This document shows positions 26,473-35,096 of a stretch of DNA of 64,000 nt, piece by piece. The DNA lies in assembly GCA_964481655.1 (NCBI GenBank), contig CAYZVO010000002.1, positions 21,746 through 85,745 on the forward strand, read 5' to 3'. This stretch comes from an uncultured Enterobacterales bacterium (GTDB lineage Bacteria; Myxococcota_A; UBA796; JAFGLY01). Made by a program: the position numbers and the translations under genes. Under the pieces are notes generated by a model that saw only the letters and a list, made by a program, of their open reading frames with translations, was not told where the DNA came from and searched no databases. The number at the start of each line of letters is the position of its first letter. The first letter of the stretch is position 1.

Positions 26473-27210
26473 ATGCGCGCCCTGCCCACCATCCTGCTCG
26501 CCGTCATCGCCCTGTCGGGCTGGGGCCTGGCTTCATGGTGGGCGGACAGCCCCACGCTGCCTGGGCCGTGGGCCGTGGCGGCCGCGGGCTGGGTGCTGGC
26601 CCAGGAGGGGCCGCTGCTGGCCGACATCGGCGCCAGCCTCGGCCGCGTGGTCGTCGGGTTCACCGGCGCGGCGATCGCCGGGGTGCTGCTCGGCGCGGCC
26701 TCCGCCGCCATCGGGCGCTGGGGCCGGGCCCTGCGGCGCCTGCTCGAGCTGCTGCGGCCCATCCCCCCCATCGCGTGGGTGCCCCTGGCGATCCTGTGGT
26801 TCGGGCTGGGGGACCCCTCGGCTTGGTTCATCGTCTTCCTGGGGGCCTTCTTCCCCATCTACATCCAGGTCACCCTGGCCCTGGCCGACTGCCCGCCCCG
26901 CTACCTCGAGCTGGCCCGCAGCCTCGGTGCGCGCTCGGGGCTGGTGCTGTGGAAGGTGCGCCTGCCCGCGGCCATGCCCCAGGTGGTGGCCGGGCTGCGC
27001 ACGGGCCTGGGCCTGGCCTGGACCAGCCTGATCGCCGCCGAGCTGGTGGGTGCCCAGAGCGGCCTGGGCTACCGCATCCAGATGCACCGCCTGGTGCTCG
27101 AGACCGAGGGCGTGATGGTGGGCATGCTCTGCATCGGCCTGCTGGGGGCCGCCATGGCCCTGCTGGCCAGAGGGCTCGAGCGCTGGCTCGTGCCGTGGAG
27201 CGCGTCGTGA
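26473..27210 (+). CDS. ABC transporter permease, nitrate/sulfonate/taurine family
   Basis: LRPIPPIAWVPLAILWFG, EAA-like loop and WTSLIAAELVGAQSGLG. Confidence 0.9.
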   Translation: MRALPTILLAVIALSGWGLASWWADSPTLPGPWAVAAAGWVLAQEGPLLADIGASLGRVVVGFTGAAIAGVLLGAASAAIGRWGRALRRLLELLRPIPPIAWVPLAILWFGLGDPSAWFIVFLGAFFPIYIQVTLALADCPPRYLELARSLGARSGLVLWKVRLPAAMPQVVAGLRTGLGLAWTSLIAAELVGAQSGLGYRIQMHRLVLETEGVMVGMLCIGLLGAAMALLARGLERWLVPWSAS

Positions 27211-27959
27211 TCCGGGCCTCCCAGCTGGCCTACGCCTTCGGTGAACGGGCGGTGTTCGCCGGGGTGGAGCTGGCCGTCGAGGCCGGCGCGGTCTGCGCTG
27301 TGGTGGGCCCCTCCGGCTGCGGCAAGACCACCCTGTTGCGGGTGCTGGCCGGGCTGCTGGAGCCCAGCGTCGGCGAGCTGTCCATGCCCGCGGCGGACAC
27401 CGCGCTGGATGGAAGCCCACGCCCGGCGGTGGGCATGGCCTTCCAGGACCCCCGCCTGCTGCCCTGGATGAGCCTGCGGGCCAACCTCGACTTCGCCCTC
27501 GAGGCAACCGGCTGTCCCCGCGCGCTGTGGGAGGCGCGCACCGCGCCGCTGCTGGAGCGCGTGGGCCTGGCCGAGGCCGTGGAGCTGATGCCCAGCGAGC
27601 TGTCCGGAGGCATGGCCCAGCGGGCGGCCCTGGTCCGGGCCCTGGCCATTCGGCCCCGGGTGCTGCTGCTGGACGAGCCCTTCTCGGCGGTGGACCCCCT
27701 CCTGCGCGAGGCCCTGCAGGACGATCTGCTCGACCTGCTGCGGGAGACCGGCACCACCGCGGTGCTGGTGACCCACGACGTGGGCGAGGCCCTGTATCTG
27801 GCCGATCAGGTGCTGGTGCTGGCCTGCGACAACGGAGGGCCCGCGACGGTCAGGGAGCGAGTGACTGTGGAGCTGCCCCGACCGCGGACGCCGGCGCTGC
27901 GGCACGACCCGCGGCTGGTGGAGCTGTCGCTGCGGGTGCGGGGGGCGCTGGGGGCGTAG
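27207..27959 (+). CDS. ABC transporter ATP-binding protein, nitrate/sulfonate family
   Basis: GTG overlapping TGA. GPSGCGKT, AFQDPRLLPW, LSGGMAQR, LLLDEPF and VTHD. Confidence 0.92.
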   Translation: MIRASQLAYAFGERAVFAGVELAVEAGAVCAVVGPSGCGKTTLLRVLAGLLEPSVGELSMPAADTALDGSPRPAVGMAFQDPRLLPWMSLRANLDFALEATGCPRALWEARTAPLLERVGLAEAVELMPSELSGGMAQRAALVRALAIRPRVLLLDEPFSAVDPLLREALQDDLLDLLRETGTTAVLVTHDVGEALYLADQVLVLACDNGGPATVRERVTVELPRPRTPALRHDPRLVELSLRVRGALGA

Positions 27960-28253
27960 CGGGTGCACCGAGCGGCGAGCCAGCGCACCATGCCCCCTGG
28001 AACTTGCCATACGAGCGACTATGCCCTGGGAATGTTGCCATTCGGCGCCTCTCGCCGTTGGCCCGATGCCGAAAACCGGCGTTGTATGGTTGGGAGCACG
28101 ACGCGAACGTCCCGACGCAGGCCGCGTGGCAAGAAAGGGGAGGCTTGGTCGCGGTCATGGCAGGTTTGGGGCCCCTTGGTCGCTGGAGAGCAGGCCGTGG
28201 TCTGTCGGCTGTCGGCCCCAGCGCGATAGATCCCGGGTCATCACGGAGGCCCC

Positions 28254-29306
28254 ATGCTCTTGCTCTCTCTCGCGCTGCTCGCCTGCACCACCCCGGAGCC
28301 CGTCGAGGCGCCGAGCCCGGCACCTGCCGAGGCCGCCCCCGCCCTCGACCCGGTGCGCATCGGATGGCAGACCACCTGGGCCACCCAGGGGCAGCTGGCG
28401 CAGATCCTGGCACGGACCGATCTGCTGCAGGCCCAGGGCATGGACCCCACCCTGGTGGGCTTCACCTACGGCGGGCCCCTCAACGAGGGCGCCCTGGCCG
28501 GTGAGGTGGACGTGGTGCTCACCGCGGATCAGCCCGCCATCATGCTCTGCGCGAAGAGCCCGGACTGGGCCATCGTCGGCCGGCTGATGTACAACCGCGT
28601 CGGCACCTTCGTGCCCGCCGACTCCCCGGTCCAGGACGTGGCTGGCCTCGAGGGCAGCACCATCGCCATCCCCTACGGCGCCGCGGCCCAGCGCGAGACC
28701 CTGGCGGCCCTGCGGGAGGCGGGGCTCGAGCCCGCCGAGGACGTGACCACGGTGAACCTGGGCATCCAGGAGCAGGTGGCCCTGGTGGGCGCGGGCTCGA
28801 AGGACGGACGCTGGGGCACCATCGACGCCGGCTCGGCCTGGGACCCCACCTTCGCCGAGCTCGAGCACAGCGGCGCGGTGCGGGTGCTGGACCAGGGCGT
28901 GGTGACCTCGGTGGTCGTGATGCACAAGGACTACATCACCACCCACCCGGGCGCCGACGCCCGCTTCATGGCGGCGCTCGAGCAGGCCTACGGCGTGTAC
29001 CGGAACGACGTGGCCCAGGCCGACGCCTGGTTCGTCGAGGCCGCGGGGGTGGCCTTCGATCCGGCCGTGCTGGCCCTGGCGGCCTCGGTCGAGCCCAACC
29101 TCGAGGCCGACGCCGAGATCTCCACCCGCCTGTCCGGCTACGACATCGCCGGGATGGAGCGGGCCGCCGCCTTCATGCTGGAGGTCGAGCTGCTGAGACA
29201 GCCCGCTGATGTGGCGGCCATGATCGCCCAGCCGGGATCAGCCGAACAGCCGGTCCAGGAAGATGCCCAGGGTGATCAGGGGCAGGTAGATCACGGTCAG
29301 CCGTAG
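28254..29306 (+). CDS. ABC transporter substrate-binding lipoprotein (SsuA/TauA-like)
   Basis: Lipobox LLAC. FTYGGPLNEGALAGEVDV, LEGSTIAIPYG and DAGSAWDP. Confidence 0.85.
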   Translation: MLLLSLALLACTTPEPVEAPSPAPAEAAPALDPVRIGWQTTWATQGQLAQILARTDLLQAQGMDPTLVGFTYGGPLNEGALAGEVDVVLTADQPAIMLCAKSPDWAIVGRLMYNRVGTFVPADSPVQDVAGLEGSTIAIPYGAAAQRETLAALREAGLEPAEDVTTVNLGIQEQVALVGAGSKDGRWGTIDAGSAWDPTFAELEHSGAVRVLDQGVVTSVVVMHKDYITTHPGADARFMAALEQAYGVYRNDVAQADAWFVEAAGVAFDPAVLALAASVEPNLEADAEISTRLSGYDIAGMERAAAFMLEVELLRQPADVAAMIAQPGSAEQPVQEDAQGDQGQVDHGQP

Positions 29307-30128
29307 CATCCAGCGCGGCCAGCGGGGGGCCACGTCGCGCTCGAGGCCCATCAGGGCCACCACCATCATGGCGCCGGCCGCGGCGGCCGCGAAGCCCAGG
29401 TAGAGCTCGCCCACCAGGCCCAGGACACCCAGGAAGAGGCTGGCCGAGACCGTGGCCGAGGCGGTGACGAAGATCCAGAAGCGGGTGCGCTCGGGGCCCA
29501 GCGCCATGCTCGGGACCCTCAAGCCGGCCTTGGCGTACTCGTCCTGGCGCAGCAGGGCGATGGCCATCACATGGGGAAGCTGCCAGGCCAGCAGGAGCAC
29601 GAACAGGGCGATCCCGGGCAGCTCGATGCGCCCGGTGGCGGCCGTCCAGCCCATCAGGGGGGGCAGGGCGCCGGCGATGGCGCCGGGCACTGCGGCCAGG
29701 GCGGAGCGGGCCTTCATGGGGGTGTATACCGCCACGTAGAGCACCAGGGCCAGCAGACCCAGCAGGGCGGTGAGGGGGTTGGCCAGCCAGGTGAGCAGGG
29801 CCAGCCCGACGGCGGCCTGCAGCAGGGCCACGGTGGTGGCGCCGGTCGGAGAGATGGAGCCGGTGACCAGCGGCCGCGCGGCGGTGCGGGTCATCAGGGC
29901 GTCGCTGTGGCGCTCGAGCACCATGTTGAGGCCGTTGGCCGCGGCCACCACGAGGGTGGTGCCGGCGACGGTGCCCAGCCAGGTCTCGGTGCTGCTGGCG
30001 ACGGTGGCCAGGCCCAGGCCGCCGGCGGTCATCAGCACGTTCCAGGCGGTGACCCCGGGCTTGGCCAGGCCCAGGCTGATGCGCAGCCAGCGCAGGGGCG
30101 CGTGGATGGCGGGAGCGAGGGTGGTCAT
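29238..30128 (-). CDS. ctaB: Heme o synthase (protoheme IX farnesyltransferase)
   Basis: LAKPGV, NMVLERHSDALMTRTAARPL, YTPMK, PGAIAGALPPLMGW and WQLPH...Y. Confidence 0.92.
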   Translation of the reverse strand: MTTLAPAIHAPLRWLRISLGLAKPGVTAWNVLMTAGGLGLATVASSTETWLGTVAGTTLVVAAANGLNMVLERHSDALMTRTAARPLVTGSISPTGATTVALLQAAVGLALLTWLANPLTALLGLLALVLYVAVYTPMKARSALAAVPGAIAGALPPLMGWTAATGRIELPGIALFVLLLAWQLPHVMAIALLRQDEYAKAGLRVPSMALGPERTRFWIFVTASATVSASLFLGVLGLVGELYLGFAAAAAGAMMVVALMGLERDVAPRWPRWMLRLTVIYLPLITLGIFLDRLFG

Positions 30129-31048
30129 GCGGCCTTCCGGGGGGCGACGGCGTCGGCGCCCGCGAGGGGTCGGTAGCGCAGGCTCGCGGCGAGCCAGGCC
30201 GTGGACAGCCATGCACCTATCGCGGCGACCAGGTGGATGACCTGTGCCCAGGCGGGAGCCTGCAGGGCGGCGTCGAGCACGCCCAGGATCAGGCTGGCGC
30301 AGAGGAACGCCAGCAGGGACGCTCCCGGGGCCTTCATGCGCGGCCCACCACGGCGGATGGAGAACACCGCCCCGGCGCCCAGGAAGCTGGCCAGCAGCAG
30401 GGCGGTGAGGGGGTGCACGGCGCGCAGCTGCACGAGGTAGTGGCCCTCGGCGCCGACCGCGGCCAGGGCGGCCTCCGGCACGGTGTCACCCAGGGCCATG
30501 ATGGTGCCGGACACGCCGATGAGCAGCAGCGCCACCACGGACAGCAGCGCCGGAACCGCGGCCCCCAGGCGGGTCTGCCAGCCGTCCTCGCCGTGGCTCC
30601 AGTAGGCCGTGAGCAGGATGGCGCCGGACAGCAGGGAGGTGTTGAGGAAGTGGATGGCCATGGCGATCGCGCGGCTGACCGAGGCGTCGTCTTCCACCAG
30701 GCCGAAGATCACCAGCCCGGCCCCCAGCAGGGACTCGGTGATCAGCAGCACCAGGGACAACCAGGCGCCCCGCCGGACCAGGTGGCCCTTGGGGAAGGCG
30801 CGCACCGCCCAGACCAGCATGGCGATGACCAGCAGCACCAGCACGCCGCTGGTGAGCCGGTGGGACAGCTCCACCACGGTGTGGCCTGACGAGAGATCCG
30901 GCAGCACCGTTCCGTGGCACAGGGGCCAGTCCTCGCCACAGCCCGCGCCCGAGTAGGAGATCCGCACCCAGGCACCCCACAGGATGACGAGCACGGTGTA
31001 GCCGAGCACGCCCATGGCGTAGCGGGTGAAGGCGCTGCTGCGTTCCAT
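30125..31048 (-). CDS. ctaA: Heme A synthase (COX15/CtaA)
   Basis: WGAWVRISYSGAGCGEDWPLCHG, ELSHRL, AIHFL and VIHL (conserved His ligands). Strong AGGAGG RBS. Confidence 0.88.
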   Translation of the reverse strand: MERSSAFTRYAMGVLGYTVLVILWGAWVRISYSGAGCGEDWPLCHGTVLPDLSSGHTVVELSHRLTSGVLVLLVIAMLVWAVRAFPKGHLVRRGAWLSLVLLITESLLGAGLVIFGLVEDDASVSRAIAMAIHFLNTSLLSGAILLTAYWSHGEDGWQTRLGAAVPALLSVVALLLIGVSGTIMALGDTVPEAALAAVGAEGHYLVQLRAVHPLTALLLASFLGAGAVFSIRRGGPRMKAPGASLLAFLCASLILGVLDAALQAPAWAQVIHLVAAIGAWLSTAWLAASLRYRPLAGADAVAPRKAA

Positions 31049-31134
31049 GACTCCTCCTGTGGGAGCCTCATCACCTGCATTCGCTCGCGCGCAAGCGAGG
31101 GCCCGCGGGGAGGTGGTGGAACTTACCGCGGCGC

Positions 31135-32880
31135 TCAGTTGGCGCTGTACTCACCCTTCATGACCAGCCAGCCGCTGCTGGTGACGTGGGCCTGTGGGTC
31201 CTGGAACTGCAGGCTCACTCCCTGGAGCGCGGGCAGGTCGCTGAACTCGGAGAACTCCAGCGCCGGCACCGCCACGCCGGGCATGAAGTCCGAGCTGCGG
31301 CCCAGCAGGGGCGGGACGATCAGGCGGACCAGGGCGGCGAGATCGCCGGGGTCGAGGGCCTCGTCGTACTCGATGGTGCCCACCTCGACCTGCACGTAGG
31401 CGGGGCGGGAGTCCAGGGCCATGACGATCTGCTGCTCGCCGTCCACCGGCTCGATGCTCACCGTGGTGCCTGTGCTGGCGTTGACGGAGAAGTCGTGGTT
31501 GACGCCGTCTTCCCGCAGGAACGCCAGGCGCAGCTCGCCGATGCCGAGGTTGAAGTCCTGGTCGTCCTGGACGGGGGGCTGCATCACGGGGGGCAGGCGG
31601 AAGTCGATGGTCACGGTCTCCACGGGGCCCAGGGGCGGGTCCATCTGCTCGCCCATCAGCACCGCCAGCTCCAGGTTGCCGATCTGCAGGCGGGTGAGCT
31701 GGCCCGAGGTCCAGAAGGCGAAGAGCAGCTGGTTGACCAGGTCGTCGTCGATGAGCAGGGCGAAGCTGCCGCCGCTGCCCTCGGACCAGGCGGGCGGGTC
31801 TTCCGTGGTGTCGATGGACCCGGCGCCGCTGGGCAGATCGATGCCCACATCGGACCAGGCCGCGACGTCCATCTCCATGCGGATGCCGCCGGAGGTGCAC
31901 TCGAGGCCCGAGACGTCGGCGGAGAAGTGGATCGGGTTGGTGTCGCCGTAGGAGAAGTCCATGGCCAGGCCGCTCAGGTATTCCGGCAGGAGCTCCTCGA
32001 GCATGGCCCCGACCTCTTCTTCGAGGGACTCGGCCACGTAGTCGGCGGCCCAGTCGGCCAGCCATTCCTCGGCCCAGCTGGGCACCCAGTCGACCTCCAT
32101 GCCGAAGCCCTCGAGCGAGGCGTTCACGTAGGAGGCGTTGGCCTGGACCTGGCCGTTGCGGATGGACAGCTCGATGGTGGCGTCCAGGTCGAGGCTGGAC
32201 ATCCACGCCGAGCCATCGACCTCGAACCAGCCGTAGATGTCGGCGGTGAAGTCCATCCACACGTCGTACAGGGTGAAGCTGCCCTCGACGGCGCCGTTGG
32301 TGGGGGACATGGAGACGTCGGCCCCGGACCAGGAGAAGCTGGTGGGGGTGATGTCGGCGTAGTCGGTCTCCAGGGTGGTGCCGACGAAGTCCTGGGCGAT
32401 GGAGCTGTCGGCCAGCACCAGCTCGACGATGTTGGACAGCTCGCTCAGGTCGGGGCCCAGCAGCAGCCGCAGGGCGCCGGGAAGGGAGGTGCCGACCTCG
32501 TGGGTGGGGCCCCACATGAACGCGCGGCCATCCACGGCGCGCTCGCCGTCGATGTCCTCGAGGCGGGAGCCGAGGATGTTGAGGCCCGGCTCGGGGCTCC
32601 AGCCCTGGTTGACCATGCCCGAGGGGCCCCAGCTCACGTCGGTGTCCGAGATCACCAGGGTGTCCAGCTCGGCGCTTCCGGTGGTCACCTGGCCCTGGAG
32701 CACGACGTCTCGCTCCCCCATGAAGGACGCCCGGGCGGGGCTGTCGATGCTCAGGGTCGGCAGGACCGTGGGGGCGTCCTCGATGATGGTGTCATCGGGC
32801 TTGGTGTCCTGGTCTTTCTTGCAGCCGCACAGCGCCAGCAGGAGCGCGACGGGGAGCAGGCGGGGCAGGCCGCGGTGCAT
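31135..32880 (-). CDS. Acidic lipoprotein with Ig-like domain and putative BPI/LBP/CETP (TULIP)-like lipid-binding region
   Basis: Lipobox LCGC, then LSIDSP-type Ig-like domain. Long beta-strand/helix pattern with ALLIDDDLVNQLLFAFW resembling BPI/LBP folds. Confidence 0.6.
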   Translation of the reverse strand: MHRGLPRLLPVALLLALCGCKKDQDTKPDDTIIEDAPTVLPTLSIDSPARASFMGERDVVLQGQVTTGSAELDTLVISDTDVSWGPSGMVNQGWSPEPGLNILGSRLEDIDGERAVDGRAFMWGPTHEVGTSLPGALRLLLGPDLSELSNIVELVLADSSIAQDFVGTTLETDYADITPTSFSWSGADVSMSPTNGAVEGSFTLYDVWMDFTADIYGWFEVDGSAWMSSLDLDATIELSIRNGQVQANASYVNASLEGFGMEVDWVPSWAEEWLADWAADYVAESLEEEVGAMLEELLPEYLSGLAMDFSYGDTNPIHFSADVSGLECTSGGIRMEMDVAAWSDVGIDLPSGAGSIDTTEDPPAWSEGSGGSFALLIDDDLVNQLLFAFWTSGQLTRLQIGNLELAVLMGEQMDPPLGPVETVTIDFRLPPVMQPPVQDDQDFNLGIGELRLAFLREDGVNHDFSVNASTGTTVSIEPVDGEQQIVMALDSRPAYVQVEVGTIEYDEALDPGDLAALVRLIVPPLLGRSSDFMPGVAVPALEFSEFSDLPALQGVSLQFQDPQAHVTSSGWLVMKGEYSAN

Positions 32881-32945
32881 GGGCCCTCCGGTGGGGCGGC
32901 GAGGCGTTAGGCTTCGTGAAACCCCAGGATAGCGGATCGCCCCGG

Positions 32946-34205
32946 ATGTTGCAGTCCATCGTCGAAGCCCTGCTCACGGACCTCCGGGGGGTGCTGGTGG
33001 TGGGCGTCGCGATCTTTGCGCTGCTGGTCTGCAACGAGCTGCTGTCGCGGGTGGTCAAGCTGCCCAGCGAGCTGACCCGCAAGATCAGCCACATCGGCTC
33101 CGGCTTCATCGTCATCTCGTTCCCCTGGCTGCTGAGTTCGGCCTGGTCCGTGGCGGTGCTCACCCTGTCGTTCCTGATCATCCTGGGGGGTGGCAAGAAG
33201 ACCGGCCTGCTGATGTCCATCCACGGGGTCAGCCGTCGCACCGGCGGTGCGTACTTCTACCCGGTGGCGGTGCTGGGCATCTGGCTGCTGTCCGGGGGCG
33301 ACAAGGCCCTGTTCGCCATCCCCATCGCCATCATGGCCATCGCCGACACCGGCGCTGCGCTGGTGGGCAAAGCGCGGGGCGAGACCGTGTTTCAGGTGCT
33401 CGATGGACAGCGCAGCTTCGAGGGCACCGGCACCTTCTTCGGGTTGGCGTTCGCCATCGTGCTGGGGGGCCTGGCCCTGGCCGGTCGGCCCGGGTGGCCG
33501 GATCTGCTGCTGGTGAGCCTGGTGGCGGCCCTGCTGACCTCGGCGGTCGAGGCGGTCTCCGTGCGGGGGAGCGACAACATCCTGATCCCCTACGCGGCCT
33601 GGCTGGTGCTGGAGCGCACCCTGCGGCTGGGGCTGGACGAGCTCTCCACCTGGCTGGGGGGCATGCTCGTGGCGGTGCTGGTGGTGTTGGCGGCCTACAA
33701 GCCGGCGCGCCTGTCACCGGCCGCGGCCTTGCTGAGCTTCATCCTGGCCACCCTGGCCTACGCCCTGGGGGGCTGGGCCTGGCTGGTGCCCCTGTTGGTG
33801 CTCTACGGCCTGTACATGCTGGGGCGCCCGGCGGGGCTCGAGACCGACCTGACCGACATCTTCGCGGCGTCGGTGGGCTCCATGTTGGTGGTGCTGCTCT
33901 TCGCCCACACCGACGACCCCGGGCTGTTCCTGCCCTTCCTGGTCACCGTCTCCGCCAACGCGGCGGTGGCCTGCTGGATGGCCCTGCGCTCCCGGCCCTG
34001 GCTGCGGGTGTTCACCCCGGTCGCGGCGGCGGCCCTGCCTCCGGCGATCCCCCTGCTGATGGGGCACGAGGTGCCCGTGCTGGCCCTGGCGGCAGGCGGG
34101 CTGGGCGGGCTGTTGCTGTTCCTGCTGCTGGCCCGGACCCGGCTGGTGGGGCGTCGGCTGGTGGCCTCGGTGGTGGTGGCCCTGATCGCGTGGCTGCTGG
34201 CCTGA
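32946..34205 (+). CDS. CTP-dependent polyprenol (phytol/dolichol) kinase-like membrane protein with extended C-terminal TM region
   Basis: ELTRKISHIGSG, ADTGAALVG, RSFEGT and GSDNILIP motifs, ~13 TM helices. Confidence 0.8.
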   Translation: MLQSIVEALLTDLRGVLVVGVAIFALLVCNELLSRVVKLPSELTRKISHIGSGFIVISFPWLLSSAWSVAVLTLSFLIILGGGKKTGLLMSIHGVSRRTGGAYFYPVAVLGIWLLSGGDKALFAIPIAIMAIADTGAALVGKARGETVFQVLDGQRSFEGTGTFFGLAFAIVLGGLALAGRPGWPDLLLVSLVAALLTSAVEAVSVRGSDNILIPYAAWLVLERTLRLGLDELSTWLGGMLVAVLVVLAAYKPARLSPAAALLSFILATLAYALGGWAWLVPLLVLYGLYMLGRPAGLETDLTDIFAASVGSMLVVLLFAHTDDPGLFLPFLVTVSANAAVACWMALRSRPWLRVFTPVAAAALPPAIPLLMGHEVPVLALAAGGLGGLLLFLLLARTRLVGRRLVASVVVALIAWLLA

Positions 34206-34217
34206 TAGGTGGTGGGC

Positions 34218-35096
34218 ATGGATCCCGCACGCCTCCCTCTGTACCGAAGCCTCGCGCCTCTGGAGATCCTCGAGATCGACGGCGCCTCCATCCTCGCCGC
34301 CGCGCACCCTGGCCTGGCGCCCGCGGGAACGCTGTCGCAGCCCTGGGGTGAGCCCAGGGGATTCTCCGCCGCCATCGAGGCGGGTGAGGCCTGGCTGCGG
34401 GACCGCGGCCTGACCCGGGCGCTGGGGCCGATGGAGCTCTGCACCTGGTTCACCTACCGGGTGCGGCTGGGGCCGGATCGCTTCCCCGGCTTCCCCCTCG
34501 AGGTCGACGCCGATCCGGCGCCGTGGCGCGCCGCTGGCTATCGCATCGTCGCCGACTACAACTCCATCCTGGTGCCCCACGACAGCCTGCTCGCGCGCTT
34601 CGGCGGCACCCAGGAGCGCCTCGAGGCCGCCGGCTACAGCTTCCGCCCCCTGGACCTCGAGCGCTTCGACCAGGATCTCGAGCTGGGCTGGCGGCTGTCC
34701 TGCGCGGCCTTCGCCGAGGCCTACGCCTACGTGGAGCTGCCCTGGCCGGCCTTCCGGGCGCTGTACCACGGCTACCGGGCCTACCTGGATCCCCGCCTCA
34801 GCTGCCTGGCCTTCGATCCCGACGGCGAGCCTGTGGGCTACTACTTCAACTTCCCCGGGCCGGTCTTCGAGGGCCAGCCCACCGCCATCTACAAGACCGT
34901 GGCCGTGCACCCCCGGGCCCGCGGGCAGCGGGTGGCCGCGGCGCTGCTCGAGCGCGCCCACCGGCAGAGTGTGGCCCTGGGCATGACCGGCGGCATGGTG
35001 CACGCCCTGATGTGGTACGACGCTGGCTCCCAGTTCCTGGGTGCCCACGGTGAGCGGGTGATCCGGGAGTACGCCCTGATGGGCAAGGAGCTGTGA
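34218..35096 (+). CDS. GNAT-family N-acyltransferase-like protein
   Basis: Acyl-CoA binding motif AVHPRARGQRVAAALL. N-terminal GPMELCTWFTYR segment. Confidence 0.7.
   Translation: MDPARLPLYRSLAPLEILEIDGASILAAAHPGLAPAGTLSQPWGEPRGFSAAIEAGEAWLRDRGLTRALGPMELCTWFTYRVRLGPDRFPGFPLEVDADPAPWRAAGYRIVADYNSILVPHDSLLARFGGTQERLEAAGYSFRPLDLERFDQDLELGWRLSCAAFAEAYAYVELPWPAFRALYHGYRAYLDPRLSCLAFDPDGEPVGYYFNFPGPVFEGQPTAIYKTVAVHPRARGQRVAAALLERAHRQSVALGMTGGMVHALMWYDAGSQFLGAHGERVIREYALMGKEL

Noticed and set aside
29238-30128. UbiA-type prenyltransferase belonging to the lipid pathway
   Set aside because: The motifs and coupling to ctaA identify it as heme o synthase.
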